This document shows positions 45,463 to 53,949 of a stretch of DNA of 64,000 bases, piece by piece. The number at the start of each line of letters is the position of its first letter. Positions within the stretch are counted from its first letter, which is position 1. A program made the position numbers and the translations under genes. A model generated the notes under the pieces. That model had not been told where the DNA came from. It ran no database searches and was given only the letters and a program-made list of their open reading frames with translations. Origin of the DNA: Nanobdellota archaeon (GTDB lineage: Archaea; Nanobdellota; Nanobdellia; Pacearchaeales; GW2011-AR1); the NCBI GenBank assembly GCA_038045385.1, contig JBBSYE010000003.1, positions 21,347-85,346 of the forward strand, in the 5' to 3' direction.

Positions 45463-45879
45463 TTATTTCTCTAAAGTGATCAATTTGTATGAAAGAGGAC
45501 CTTCTAAGGACGTTATTTTGTAAGTTTTACCTACCTGAGCACCTCTTAATTGAGTGTTCGGTAAGAACTTCCAAGAAGGGATGTCGCAAACATCTGCGAG
45601 GGTAGCAACCCGACCGTCTTCATAAGCAAATTTACCCCAACCTATAGAACCACCATTCTCCATCGGCCAGCTTCCTCTATCGATCAGTCTTGCAGTCCCT
45701 TGCCTTTCTTGAGCACCAACTACTCGTTCAAGCCCATTATAGGCAGCGATAATTGGGAGGGCTACTGCATTTAAGGCAAGCGTTGCTCCAAGGTAAAGCG
45801 CACCCAGAGATAAGAAAGCACTTGCTCCGTCTTTGACTCTTTGCAATTCCTTGTCCAAAGTATCTTCGAATTCTTTCAT
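45463..45879 (-). CDS. hypothetical membrane-anchored protein
   Basis: A 138-aa ORF with one or two hydrophobic helices near the N-terminus. Confidence 0.4.
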   Translation of the reverse strand: MKEFEDTLDKELQRVKDGASAFLSLGALYLGATLALNAVALPIIAAYNGLERVVGAQERQGTARLIDRGSWPMENGGSIGWGKFAYEDGRVATLADVCDIPSWKFLPNTQLRGAQVGKTYKITSLEGPLSYKLITLEK

Positions 45880-45985
45880 AAATAAAATAAGTTTTGCCGA
45901 TATTTAAATCTTTCTTAAGTTCGTTTAAATCATGCAGCATCTTTTAAGAAAAAGCGAAAAGATTAAGCTTAAAGAGAAGTTCGGG

Positions 45986-46417
45986 TTAATCATCCAAATC
46001 TTGTGACCCATGAAGATTTATATCTAAAGGCAACAAATAAATTTCCAAGCATTTAGGCTGAAGATTTGAAGATCTTTTATCACCTTCGTGATATTGATGG
46101 TTGCAATTTCTCACATTCATAACTCTATAAATCCCTTCAAAATCACTTTCTCCCGCAATACCGGGGTTCAATATAATTTCCAATTCTTCGCCTATTCTAG
46201 GGAAATGTGAGCCATCTTCGGCTTTGAAATAATTTAAAGGAGGTTTATAGGGAGAATCATTCACTTTCTTTCCATCTTTATCTACAATCCATAACCAGGC
46301 ATGAACTCCTGGTTCTCTAGACTTTTCCTTTTTAGTTTCCAGTTGTACAGGCGATCTATTATTAGACTCGATAGGTTTTGCATCTCTTCTGCCTAATAAA
46401 CTCATCAAATTAAACAT
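45986..46417 (-). CDS. hypothetical protein
   Basis: A 143-aa ORF with no motif recognised. Confidence 0.4.
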   Translation of the reverse strand: MFNLMSLLGRRDAKPIESNNRSPVQLETKKEKSREPGVHAWLWIVDKDGKKVNDSPYKPPLNYFKAEDGSHFPRIGEELEIILNPGIAGESDFEGIYRVMNVRNCNHQYHEGDKRSSNLQPKCLEIYLLPLDINLHGSQDLDD

Positions 46418-46730
46418 AGAAAAAAGCTGTTCAATATCTTTTTAACCCTTTCGATTAATTTTTTCAACCACTAGGATTTGAATCTATAAATTCTTGTATG
46501 TCTCCCCGTTTTGCAGGGCAAATAACTCTATACAAGCCTTCAGCAATTTCTCCGCCAAAGTAGCCAAAAACCCAGTCTCCTTCCCAAATAAGACAATTAG
46601 ATGTTCGCCCAAGCTTTAGCGTCTAAATTCCCAAAGTTTATATATTTCGTAAACCTTAATTCTTTATGAGAGAAAAGAGGTTAGATTTTTGGTCTCGTAA
46701 TCTTTAAATACGTTCAAAATCCATAATTTT

Positions 46731-46925
46731 ATGGCCACCAACTATGAAGTCTTCATGAACTCAGATGTAAGCGAATATAGTGGTAAATGGATTGCAATCA
46801 CCGACGGAGGTATTGTTGCTTCTGGAGATAACGTAAGAGAAGTTTTAAAGCACGCCCAGGCACTTCATCCAAATAAAAAAATAACGCTCGCCAAGGTTCC
46901 TGAAGAAGAAACAATGATTTTCTAA
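46731..46925 (+). CDS. DUF5678-like small protein
   Basis: EYSGKWIAITDGGIVASGDNVREVLKHAQALHPNKKITLAKVPEEE matches my recollection of DUF5678. Confidence 0.55.
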   Translation: MATNYEVFMNSDVSEYSGKWIAITDGGIVASGDNVREVLKHAQALHPNKKITLAKVPEEETMIF

Positions 46926-46926
46926 A

Positions 46927-47352
46927 ATGGCTCTTTCTTTTAAATACAAATCGATACAACGTCCGAACGGCATTGGTGTTAAGTCACCAGTAATTCCAGT
47001 TGTTTTATCTGGCAACGGTTCAATAAAGCAAGAATTCGTAGCGTTGATTGATTCTGGAGCAGATCTTTCAGTTATCCCTGAGGATGTTGCAGAATTATTA
47101 AATCTAAATCTGAAAAAAACAATTGAGAAATCTAGAGGTATTGGAGGGGAAGTAGATGTTAAAAATACCGAAATGAATCTTTCTATAAAGAAAGGGCATG
47201 AAAGTTATACGTTTAGCATTCCTGTTCAAGTTGTCTTAGGAGATAGCAAGATTCCCCCACTTCTAGGCAGAAGAGGTTTTTTCGACAAATTCAGAATAAC
47301 CTTTGATCAAGCTAACTTTTCAATTTCCCTCAAAAGAAATACAGAGAGATAA
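46927..47352 (+). CDS. retropepsin-like aspartyl protease
   Basis: ALIDSGADLSVIP contains the D-S/T-G-A catalytic signature. The size (141 aa) fits a single-lobe dimeric retropepsin. It starts 1 nt after the stop of the DUF5678-like ORF. Confidence 0.65.
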   Translation: MALSFKYKSIQRPNGIGVKSPVIPVVLSGNGSIKQEFVALIDSGADLSVIPEDVAELLNLNLKKTIEKSRGIGGEVDVKNTEMNLSIKKGHESYTFSIPVQVVLGDSKIPPLLGRRGFFDKFRITFDQANFSISLKRNTER

Positions 47353-47444
47353 TTGATTAAACTATTGAGATTTTTTATTTATCAAAATTTTTGTATAATC
47401 ACACTTAACGGAATGTTTAAATAAGAAAACCAAATCAACTTTCA

Positions 47445-47876
47445 ATGGAAGTTAATTCAGAAAGCGCACTAACAGTCTTAAGAGACACAGTAGTTTACGC
47501 TCTCGGAGGAAACCAATTCGGAAGCCCGTTTGCTACAGTTTTTAGCTATCTTTCTATGGCGGAGGACGATGTCGATGCTGAAACGGTGAAAAAGCTAAGG
47601 GGAGAGTTTGCAGAATTGGAAAAAGTTCTTTCAACAACCACACCCATACTAAGAGATGGAGATCGCAACGTCCGCGTTGAATCAATAGGAAAGCCGATAG
47701 TTCTCTCCGACCCAGTAGCCTCCCTTGTTTTAAGATCGGGCACACTAGAAGAATCTTATAGCCCAGGGAAAAGACTACAAGAGATTGTCACATTAGGCAC
47801 CTCACAATGTGATTTAGCAATCTCGCGTAATTGTGGATTTAGCAAATATACTCGCGGACATAAGACAAGTACCTAA
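47445..47876 (+). CDS. hypothetical protein
   Basis: A 143-aa ORF. Confidence 0.4.
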   Translation: MEVNSESALTVLRDTVVYALGGNQFGSPFATVFSYLSMAEDDVDAETVKKLRGEFAELEKVLSTTTPILRDGDRNVRVESIGKPIVLSDPVASLVLRSGTLEESYSPGKRLQEIVTLGTSQCDLAISRNCGFSKYTRGHKTST

Positions 47877-47904
47877 TGTTCTCAAAAATAAAAAGACTAA
47901 TAAA

Positions 47905-48321
47905 TTATTTCTCAAACAATCTCGTCTTCGCAAAAACAATCCACGATGTCACAAGTAGAACAACGAAGTGCATAATAGTATTGTAAGTGTGCCAATCTGC
48001 ATCATAGTTCCCCGAAATAAGATAACGCACTTCAAGCAAAATAATTACAGGGAGAGCAAGAATCAGAGCTCTAACAAAAGGACTCTTTCCCTTTCGCACA
48101 AAGAAGAATAGTAACGAGCCAATTATTAAAGTTCCAACGAATTTACCGACGGCATACCAAAATAATGGACTTGAAGAAATAAAAAGAAAAGTGGAAGGAA
48201 TAGGATAAGAATAAACTTCAAGTGCTTCAACATTATAATGAACAATTGTATCAATAGTAGTAAAGATAGCAGTTATAAGAAGAAGCCATAAAAAATATCT
48301 AAGAAAGGTAGTCTTCTCCAT
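47905..48321 (-). CDS. membrane protein, unknown function
   Basis: Four predicted TM helices. Confidence 0.45.
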   Translation of the reverse strand: MEKTTFLRYFLWLLLITAIFTTIDTIVHYNVEALEVYSYPIPSTFLFISSSPLFWYAVGKFVGTLIIGSLLFFFVRKGKSPFVRALILALPVIILLEVRYLISGNYDADWHTYNTIMHFVVLLVTSWIVFAKTRLFEK

Positions 48322-48392
48322 AATAAAACATGGTCGGCTTGTTTATAAGTTTTTTGAAATTGACATATCTTTAAAAACTTTCAAGCCCTAAT

Positions 48393-48707
48393 TTGATTAT
48401 GTTGAGCGTCCTAAAAGAATTCCGCGAATTTCTTAAAGAATACAAAGTCATAGGTTTAACAATTGGGGTAGTCATGGGATTAGCAGCAAATAATCTCGTC
48501 AAGTCGTTAGTTGACAATATCGTCATGCCGATAATTACTCCATTAATACCGGGCGGAGAATGGGAAACCGCCGTTTGGAATATCGGCCCAATTGCCATAG
48601 GCTGGGGACAATTTTTAAGTGCGTTAATCTATTTCCTAATTCTCGCTTGGGTAGTCTTTCTTGTAGCTAAATTCATAATCAGAGAAGAAAAAGTAACAAA
48701 GAAATAG
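48393..48707 (+). CDS. mscL: large-conductance mechanosensitive channel MscL
   Basis: LKEFREFLKEYKVIGLTIGVVMGLAANNLVKSLVDNIVMPII, followed by a second TM helix. Confidence 0.75.
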   Translation: MIMLSVLKEFREFLKEYKVIGLTIGVVMGLAANNLVKSLVDNIVMPIITPLIPGGEWETAVWNIGPIAIGWGQFLSALIYFLILAWVVFLVAKFIIREEKVTKK

Positions 48708-48754
48708 AATAATAAAATAGAATAATATATAAGCAATCAATTACTGGATAAAAT

Positions 48755-48901
48755 ATGGCTGAAATATCATTAACAATAACGGCTGTGTTAGCAATAATCA
48801 TGGGAATAATAGTGCTAATCTTTCCAGGTTTACTTCGTTGGGCAATAGGACTATTTTTATTAGCATTCGGAGCATTACAATTAGTTAATCAATATTTCTA
48901 A
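48755..48901 (+). CDS. small two-TM protein (DUF3096-like by recollection)
   Basis: Not in the ORF track. MAEISLTITAVLAIIMGIIVLIFPGLLRWAIGLFLLAFGALQLVNQYF. Confidence 0.45.
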   Translation: MAEISLTITAVLAIIMGIIVLIFPGLLRWAIGLFLLAFGALQLVNQYF

Positions 48902-48947
48902 AAAATTAATAGGGTTTCAACTAGTTAGGCAAACCGAGCTTTCTATA

Positions 48948-49196
48948 TTAATCCCCGGCACAAGCCAACCAATGCTCATACGCTGCTTGATAACATTGTC
49001 TCAATTCATAATCATTAGAGGCATAAGTATTCCTACAACGAACCTGTTCTTTCTCCTTCTGGACCCCACAAGGACTTAAATTAAGATCATACCATGGACT
49101 ATAATAAACTTCTTTATCAGTAAAATAAGAATAAATCAAAAGAGCAAAAGCCAACGCAATCAAAGCGACAATCAATCTCTTTTCCCATGTCTTCAT
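48948..49196 (-). CDS. signal-anchored Cys-rich small protein (MKTWEKRL family, member 2)
   Basis: The N-terminal 28 aa are identical to member 1. The C-terminus is unique and has 4 Cys. Confidence 0.6.
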   Translation of the reverse strand: MKTWEKRLIVALIALAFALLIYSYFTDKEVYYSPWYDLNLSPCGVQKEKEQVRCRNTYASNDYELRQCYQAAYEHWLACAGD

Positions 49197-49331
49197 ACTC
49201 TATTTAAAATTTTCATATATATATCTTTCGTAGAATAATCTGCTCTTTGAGATAATACAAGAATCAAACGCCCATAAAAAGAAAGTGTATAAAACAAAGC
49301 TTTTTAAGGCACATTTCCACATTAATTTTGA

Positions 49332-50945
49332 ATGAAAAATAAATTTACAAAAAATAATAACAAAAATAAAGATAACAGAAGACCTTCTTTAGACATTCAA
49401 GCCGAACTTGAAATTGTTCAAATTTCAGACGTAGCGGGCAGTAGCTCGGGAAGAGTTGTAACTCTAATGGGTTCAGTAGAGAGAATAGTTCAAACAGGCG
49501 GACCGACTGTATTCTATATTGCAGACGGAACTGGAACGCTAGCATTAAAGGGCTTTGAAGGAGCAGGCACAAGAGCTTATCCAGAAATAGAAGAAGGCGA
49601 TGTAATAAAAGCAACAGTTGAATTAGGAGAATACAAAGACGAACTCGAAGGCGAGATTCTAAAAGCAAAAAAGATAGTTGGACAAGAACATGACGAATAT
49701 TTAGTAATGCTTTCCGAATTAGAAAGAAAACGCGCTCAAGTTACACCGCCACAATTTCTAATAAAAAGCCACATTCTAGATAAACTAAAAGACAGATTCA
49801 TAAAAGCTGCAACAGAAATAAGACTTGCGATAATTCAAAATCGTCCGATTATCGTGCGCCATCATAACGATACAGATGGCTATTCATCTGGCTACGCTTT
49901 AGAACGTGCAATATTGCCATTAATAAAAAAGCAACACACTTCAGAAAAAGCAGCATGGGAATTTTACACTCGAGCACCATGTGCCGCGCCATTTTACGAC
50001 ATTGAAGATTCAATTCGCGATACCTCTCATTCATTATCTAATGCTGCAAAATTCTCAAATAAAATGCCCTTAGTAATAATTGCAGATAACGGCGGAGGCC
50101 AAGAAGATCTGATGGGAATTAAACAAGGTAAAGTCCATGGCTTAGATTTCATAGTAGTAGATCATCATTACTTTGATGCGGACGTTATTTCAAGCGAAGT
50201 TTTAGTCAATATTAATCCATTTTTAGTTGGAGAAGATGGCTCGCATTATTCAGCAGGGATGTTATGTGCTGAGTTAGGCCGTTTCATTAATTTAGTAGAT
50301 GGCATGGAACCTATTGCCGCAATGGCTGGCTTGGCAGATAGAATCGCAAATCCTTCAGCAATAGAAGCTTATCTTAAGTTAGCACATGAAAAAGGCTATA
50401 CAAAACAATTACTAAATGATATTGCAACTGTAATAGATTTCATTTCCTCAAAGCTAAGATTCATGGAAGCTCGTGAGTATATTGAAGTTCTTTTCGGCGA
50501 GCCAAGAGAACAGCAAAAGAAATTAGTTGCACTAATGACTCCATACATAAGAAATCTTGAAGCAAAAGGTCTGGCTTTAGCGAAATCTTCAGCAGTTATT
50601 GAAACTCACAACAAGGTGACACTACAATGGCTAGTAATTGACGAAGCGTTCCCACGAGGATTTTATCCAAAGCCAGGAAAGTGTACGGGAATATTACATG
50701 ATAATCTGAAAGAGTCAGGCACTCAAAGGATAGTCACAATAGGATTGATGAATGATGCAATAACAATCAGAGCTACCGATGAAGCAAACTTCTCAGTCCA
50801 TAAGTTATTAGAATTTTTATCAAAAGAACTCCCAGAATCTTTCGTTGAAGGTGGCGGTCATAAAAATGCAGGAGCAATAAAATTCGTTCCTAAAAAGAAA
50901 GAGGAAATAAAAGATTTAGTAAGAAAATTCATCAAGAAGATTTAG
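49332..50945 (+). CDS. RecJ/Cdc45-family DHH phosphoesterase with an N-terminal OB fold
   Basis: An OB-like N-terminus, then DHH motifs VRHHNDTDGYSSG, IADNG and VVDHHYF, and the DHHA1 motif GGGHKNAGA. Confidence 0.75.
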   Translation: MKNKFTKNNNKNKDNRRPSLDIQAELEIVQISDVAGSSSGRVVTLMGSVERIVQTGGPTVFYIADGTGTLALKGFEGAGTRAYPEIEEGDVIKATVELGEYKDELEGEILKAKKIVGQEHDEYLVMLSELERKRAQVTPPQFLIKSHILDKLKDRFIKAATEIRLAIIQNRPIIVRHHNDTDGYSSGYALERAILPLIKKQHTSEKAAWEFYTRAPCAAPFYDIEDSIRDTSHSLSNAAKFSNKMPLVIIADNGGGQEDLMGIKQGKVHGLDFIVVDHHYFDADVISSEVLVNINPFLVGEDGSHYSAGMLCAELGRFINLVDGMEPIAAMAGLADRIANPSAIEAYLKLAHEKGYTKQLLNDIATVIDFISSKLRFMEAREYIEVLFGEPREQQKKLVALMTPYIRNLEAKGLALAKSSAVIETHNKVTLQWLVIDEAFPRGFYPKPGKCTGILHDNLKESGTQRIVTIGLMNDAITIRATDEANFSVHKLLEFLSKELPESFVEGGGHKNAGAIKFVPKKKEEIKDLVRKFIKKI

Positions 50946-51007
50946 TTATTTATTTGTTAAAATTTCAAATATATTTCCCATATTATTTAGCAAAAGCGGT
51001 TTTTACA

Positions 51008-51277
51008 TCAAGCTATACACTTACGAAAGTTCTCCCAAACAAGATTACGACAATCTTCATCATCAAATTCACACGTAAACATCTCGGATTCTCGTGTCTC
51101 TCTGCAAGAATCCAATTTATTTCTCTCGATTTCAATATTTCCATCAACTCCTAAATAATTTCCAGAATAATCTGAAGGAGAATAAAAAACTTCTCTATCG
51201 GTGAAATAAGAATAAATCAAAAGAGCAAAAGCCAAAGCAATCAAAGCAATAACAAGCCTCTTTTCCCACGTCTTCAT
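51008..51277 (-). CDS. signal-anchored Cys-rich small protein (MKTWEKRL family, member 3)
   Basis: MKTWEKRLVIALIALAFALLIYSYFTDREVFYSP, followed by a unique 4-Cys C-terminus. Confidence 0.6.
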   Translation of the reverse strand: MKTWEKRLVIALIALAFALLIYSYFTDREVFYSPSDYSGNYLGVDGNIEIERNKLDSCRETRESEMFTCEFDDEDCRNLVWENFRKCIA

Positions 51278-51353
51278 AACGATTTATAGTTTTAATATAT
51301 ATATATCTTTCGCCAGTATTTTATTTATAAAATAATAGAAAAATCCCTCAAAT

Positions 51354-51725
51354 TCACCGAGATTTTTTTCTTTTAACAAGAATAAACACGCTCAAAATCA
51401 AAACCACAATAGCAAGTCCAAATAATAGCCCATTATCGTCATAAACTACAATCCCCAAGGTTGTAAGATGAAATATAATTGCAGGAATTATAATTAACGA
51501 AGCTAGAATTGCACCATAAAAACTCAAACTCGGAATTAAGATTAAAACCGAAGCAAACAACTCTCCAACACCAACTAAATATCTTCCCCAAGGCTCAATT
51601 CCAATTTGACTAAATATATACACAGCCTCATCAGCTCCAGTAAATTTAAAGAACAAACTTTGTAAAAATATTAACGCAACAATTATCTTTGCACCCCACA
51701 ATATTTTATTTCTCATCATTTTCAA
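51354..51725 (-). CDS. DoxX-like membrane protein
   Basis: Four TM segments. The N-terminal ILWGAKIIVALIFLQSLFFKFTG matches the DoxX pattern as I recall it. Confidence 0.45.
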   Translation of the reverse strand: MKMMRNKILWGAKIIVALIFLQSLFFKFTGADEAVYIFSQIGIEPWGRYLVGVGELFASVLILIPSLSFYGAILASLIIIPAIIFHLTTLGIVVYDDNGLLFGLAIVVLILSVFILVKRKKSR

Positions 51726-51750
51726 CTGAAATCAAAAGTTATAAACCTTT

Positions 51751-51984
51751 TCAAAGTTTTATCACAGAAGCCAGCCATACAATCCATATAATAAAATAGA
51801 TAAAAATTATAAATCCCCCAATTGCAGAAAATATCCAAAGCGATTGAAATGCCAATCCAAGGGCCAAGAATACCAATGCAATGAGAAATGGCCAACTTGT
51901 AATGCTAAATCTCTTTCTAAAAAACAAAGCAAAATCTTTTAATTTCCCAGCCCTGAGCTTTTCACTTGCCATAATAAAATCCAC
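51751..51984 (-). CDS. small membrane protein
   Basis: A 77-aa ORF with two hydrophobic helices. Confidence 0.4.
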   Translation of the reverse strand: MDFIMASEKLRAGKLKDFALFFRKRFSITSWPFLIALVFLALGLAFQSLWIFSAIGGFIIFIYFIIWIVWLASVIKL

Positions 51985-52022
51985 ATACTAATGCTTATAT
52001 ATCCTGCCTTATTCCTGTAAAG

Positions 52023-52865
52023 ATGTCAGGTGAGATTGAAAAACTTCAAACAGAACTTAAACTTCGAGGTTTTTCTCCGTTAACCGTCCGTAATTACTCT
52101 TTTTTCGTTGATAAATTTTTAAAAAAACAAAGCAAAATGCCCAGTGAATTGAGCGAAGATGATGTAAAACTATATCTTGGCGATTTAATGGAAAATAAAG
52201 CAAAAAATACAACGATGTTAGCTCTTGCAGCATTAAAATTTTTCTTCAGTGAAGTTCTAAAAAATCCAATTACATCAATAAAGGTTCCAAAGAAAGATAA
52301 GAAACTTCCAGAGGTTCTAACTAAAGATGAAATGAGAAGACTAATAGATTCTTGTGAGACAAAAAAATCAAGATTGATAATTTCATTATTGTACGCTTCA
52401 GGCTTAAGAGTTTCAGAGCTTGTGCATGTCAAACCAGGAGATATAGACTTACAAGAAAAAACAGGATGGGTAAGAAAAGGAAAAGGGTCGAAAGATAGAA
52501 TGTTCATTATTTCAGAATCAATAGCAAGAGATTTAGAAAATCATTTGAAAAACAATCCTTCTAATTATCTCTTTTCAAAAGAAAAGCCATTAACAACAAG
52601 AAATATACAAAAAATTGTTAAACTGACAAAAATAAAAGCAGGAATCCAAAAGAAAGTAACACCCCATACAATAAGGCATAGTTTTGCAACACATCTTCTG
52701 GAAAACGGCACAGATATAAGATTAATACAAACGCTTTTAGGACACGCATCTCTAAGCACAACGCAATTGTACACACACATCTCAACAGATCAGATAAAAA
52801 AGGTAAAAAATCCTTTAGACGAGCTTAATTCTCAACTAAATAAAACTAACAACACCCTTAGCTAA
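52023..52865 (+). CDS. xerA: tyrosine recombinase XerA-like
   Basis: An N-terminal SAM-like domain (LKLRGFSPLTVRNYSFFVDKF). The catalytic region includes ASGLRVSEL, HTIRHSFATHLLENGTDIRLIQTLLGHASLSTTQLYTH. Confidence 0.8.
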   Translation: MSGEIEKLQTELKLRGFSPLTVRNYSFFVDKFLKKQSKMPSELSEDDVKLYLGDLMENKAKNTTMLALAALKFFFSEVLKNPITSIKVPKKDKKLPEVLTKDEMRRLIDSCETKKSRLIISLLYASGLRVSELVHVKPGDIDLQEKTGWVRKGKGSKDRMFIISESIARDLENHLKNNPSNYLFSKEKPLTTRNIQKIVKLTKIKAGIQKKVTPHTIRHSFATHLLENGTDIRLIQTLLGHASLSTTQLYTHISTDQIKKVKNPLDELNSQLNKTNNTLS

Positions 52866-53111
52866 AAGGAGAAATGCACAAAACCACAAGATTATTGTAG
52901 GTAACGCAAAAAAGACAGAGAGGAATAACGCAAGAGCAGAAACTAAGTCAATCACACTAAGAATATCCCCAAGAAAAATAAACATACCCTTCAATAAAAG
53001 TAGTCCAGCGCAAACAAGTAAACAAGGCGTAAAAACTTCAAATCCAAACACCATAAATAGAAAAGCCATCGCACTAGCAATATCAATTCCGCCAAGTATT
53101 CTCAATATCAT
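52836..53111 (-). CDS. small membrane protein
   Basis: A 91-aa ORF with 3 TM segments. It overlaps the xerA 3' end convergently by 30 nt. Confidence 0.4.
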   Translation of the reverse strand: MILRILGGIDIASAMAFLFMVFGFEVFTPCLLVCAGLLLLKGMFIFLGDILSVIDLVSALALFLSVFFALPTIILWFCAFLLLAKGVVSFI

Positions 53112-53146
53112 AAAATATATTTCTAGACAGGGTATTTAAGAGTTGC

Positions 53147-53551
53147 TTAACGATAAGATTTCTGCCTTTTAGCCCTAGCTTTAGAATCTCCAGGCTTGTA
53201 AGCTTCTTTTCTTCTTGTATCTGCAACAAGCAAGTTTCTATCATAAAGCTGATATGCCTTTTTCAATTCAGCAGACTTTGAATGTTTAAACAACGCTTTA
53301 GCAATTGCAAGTCTAGCTGCCTGTATTTGCCCTTCAGAACCGCCTCCAGAAGTCTTTATAATCAAATCAACAGGCATTTTACCCATAACATGCTCAAACA
53401 CTTCTATTGGCTCTCTAATTGACAAATTATGAAAGAAATAAAGATTCTGATAAGGCACTCCATTGAATGTCACTTTACCATTTCCAGCAATAACTCTAAC
53501 TTTAGCTATAGCACTCTTTCTCTTTCCCGATATCATAAATGACTCTTTCAT
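53147..53551 (-). CDS. rps9: 30S ribosomal protein S9 (uS9)
   Basis: GKRKSAIA..., GGG..GQ..A.RLAIAKAL, and a C-terminal KSYR. Confidence 0.9.
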   Translation of the reverse strand: MKESFMISGKRKSAIAKVRVIAGNGKVTFNGVPYQNLYFFHNLSIREPIEVFEHVMGKMPVDLIIKTSGGGSEGQIQAARLAIAKALFKHSKSAELKKAYQLYDRNLLVADTRRKEAYKPGDSKARAKRQKSYR

Positions 53552-53949
53552 ATTTCTTTACAAATCTCCCCCAAGGTCATAGTTTTAGCTCTTGTATCAT
53601 TATGCATAGTAATCATCTTCCCTTTAACTCCATTTTTAGGCAAAGAATCATAGCATTTTACTTCCTTTAGCGCCTTCAATCCTCTCCCTTGTCTGTAAGG
53701 CAACATTCCTCTTACCGTTCTCTTCATTATTCTCGAAGGATTAGATGGGAAGTTTGGTCCGTTCATAGCAGATCCTCCGCGTTGTCTTTGTGTCAAATAT
53801 TTTCCTAATATATTGGCTTTATTTCCTGTAACCACAGCCCCAGTGCAGTTTACAATTTTAACGTTATTCCCTTTTAGAGCTTGCTTAGCAGCATAACTTG
53901 CAAGTCTTCCCAAGATAGCATTATGGGCATCAATAACTATTTCTTCCAT
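53548..53949 (-). CDS. rpl13: 50S ribosomal protein L13 (uL13)
   Basis: VIDAHNAILGRLASYAAKQALKGNNVKIVN and RTVRGMLP. Confidence 0.9.
   Translation of the reverse strand: MEEIVIDAHNAILGRLASYAAKQALKGNNVKIVNCTGAVVTGNKANILGKYLTQRQRGGSAMNGPNFPSNPSRIMKRTVRGMLPYRQGRGLKALKEVKCYDSLPKNGVKGKMITMHNDTRAKTMTLGEICKEI

Noticed and set aside
46478-46492. GGATTTGAATC (reverse complement GATTCAAATCC) as a tRNA T-loop.
   Set aside because: The flanking bases give only a 3-bp stem. No D-arm, anticodon arm or acceptor arm can be drawn, and the sequence lies inside the start-less protein-like frame.
52023-52865. The tyrosine recombinase as the integrase of the 41-48 kb island or as an integron IntI.
   Set aside because: At 280 aa, with a standard XerA-type N-terminal domain and catalytic region, it has no extra IntI-specific insertion that I can see. 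It lies 4 kb from the island and is separated from it by mscL, the recJ-like gene and other chromosomal genes. A chromosome-dimer-resolution role is more parsimonious.
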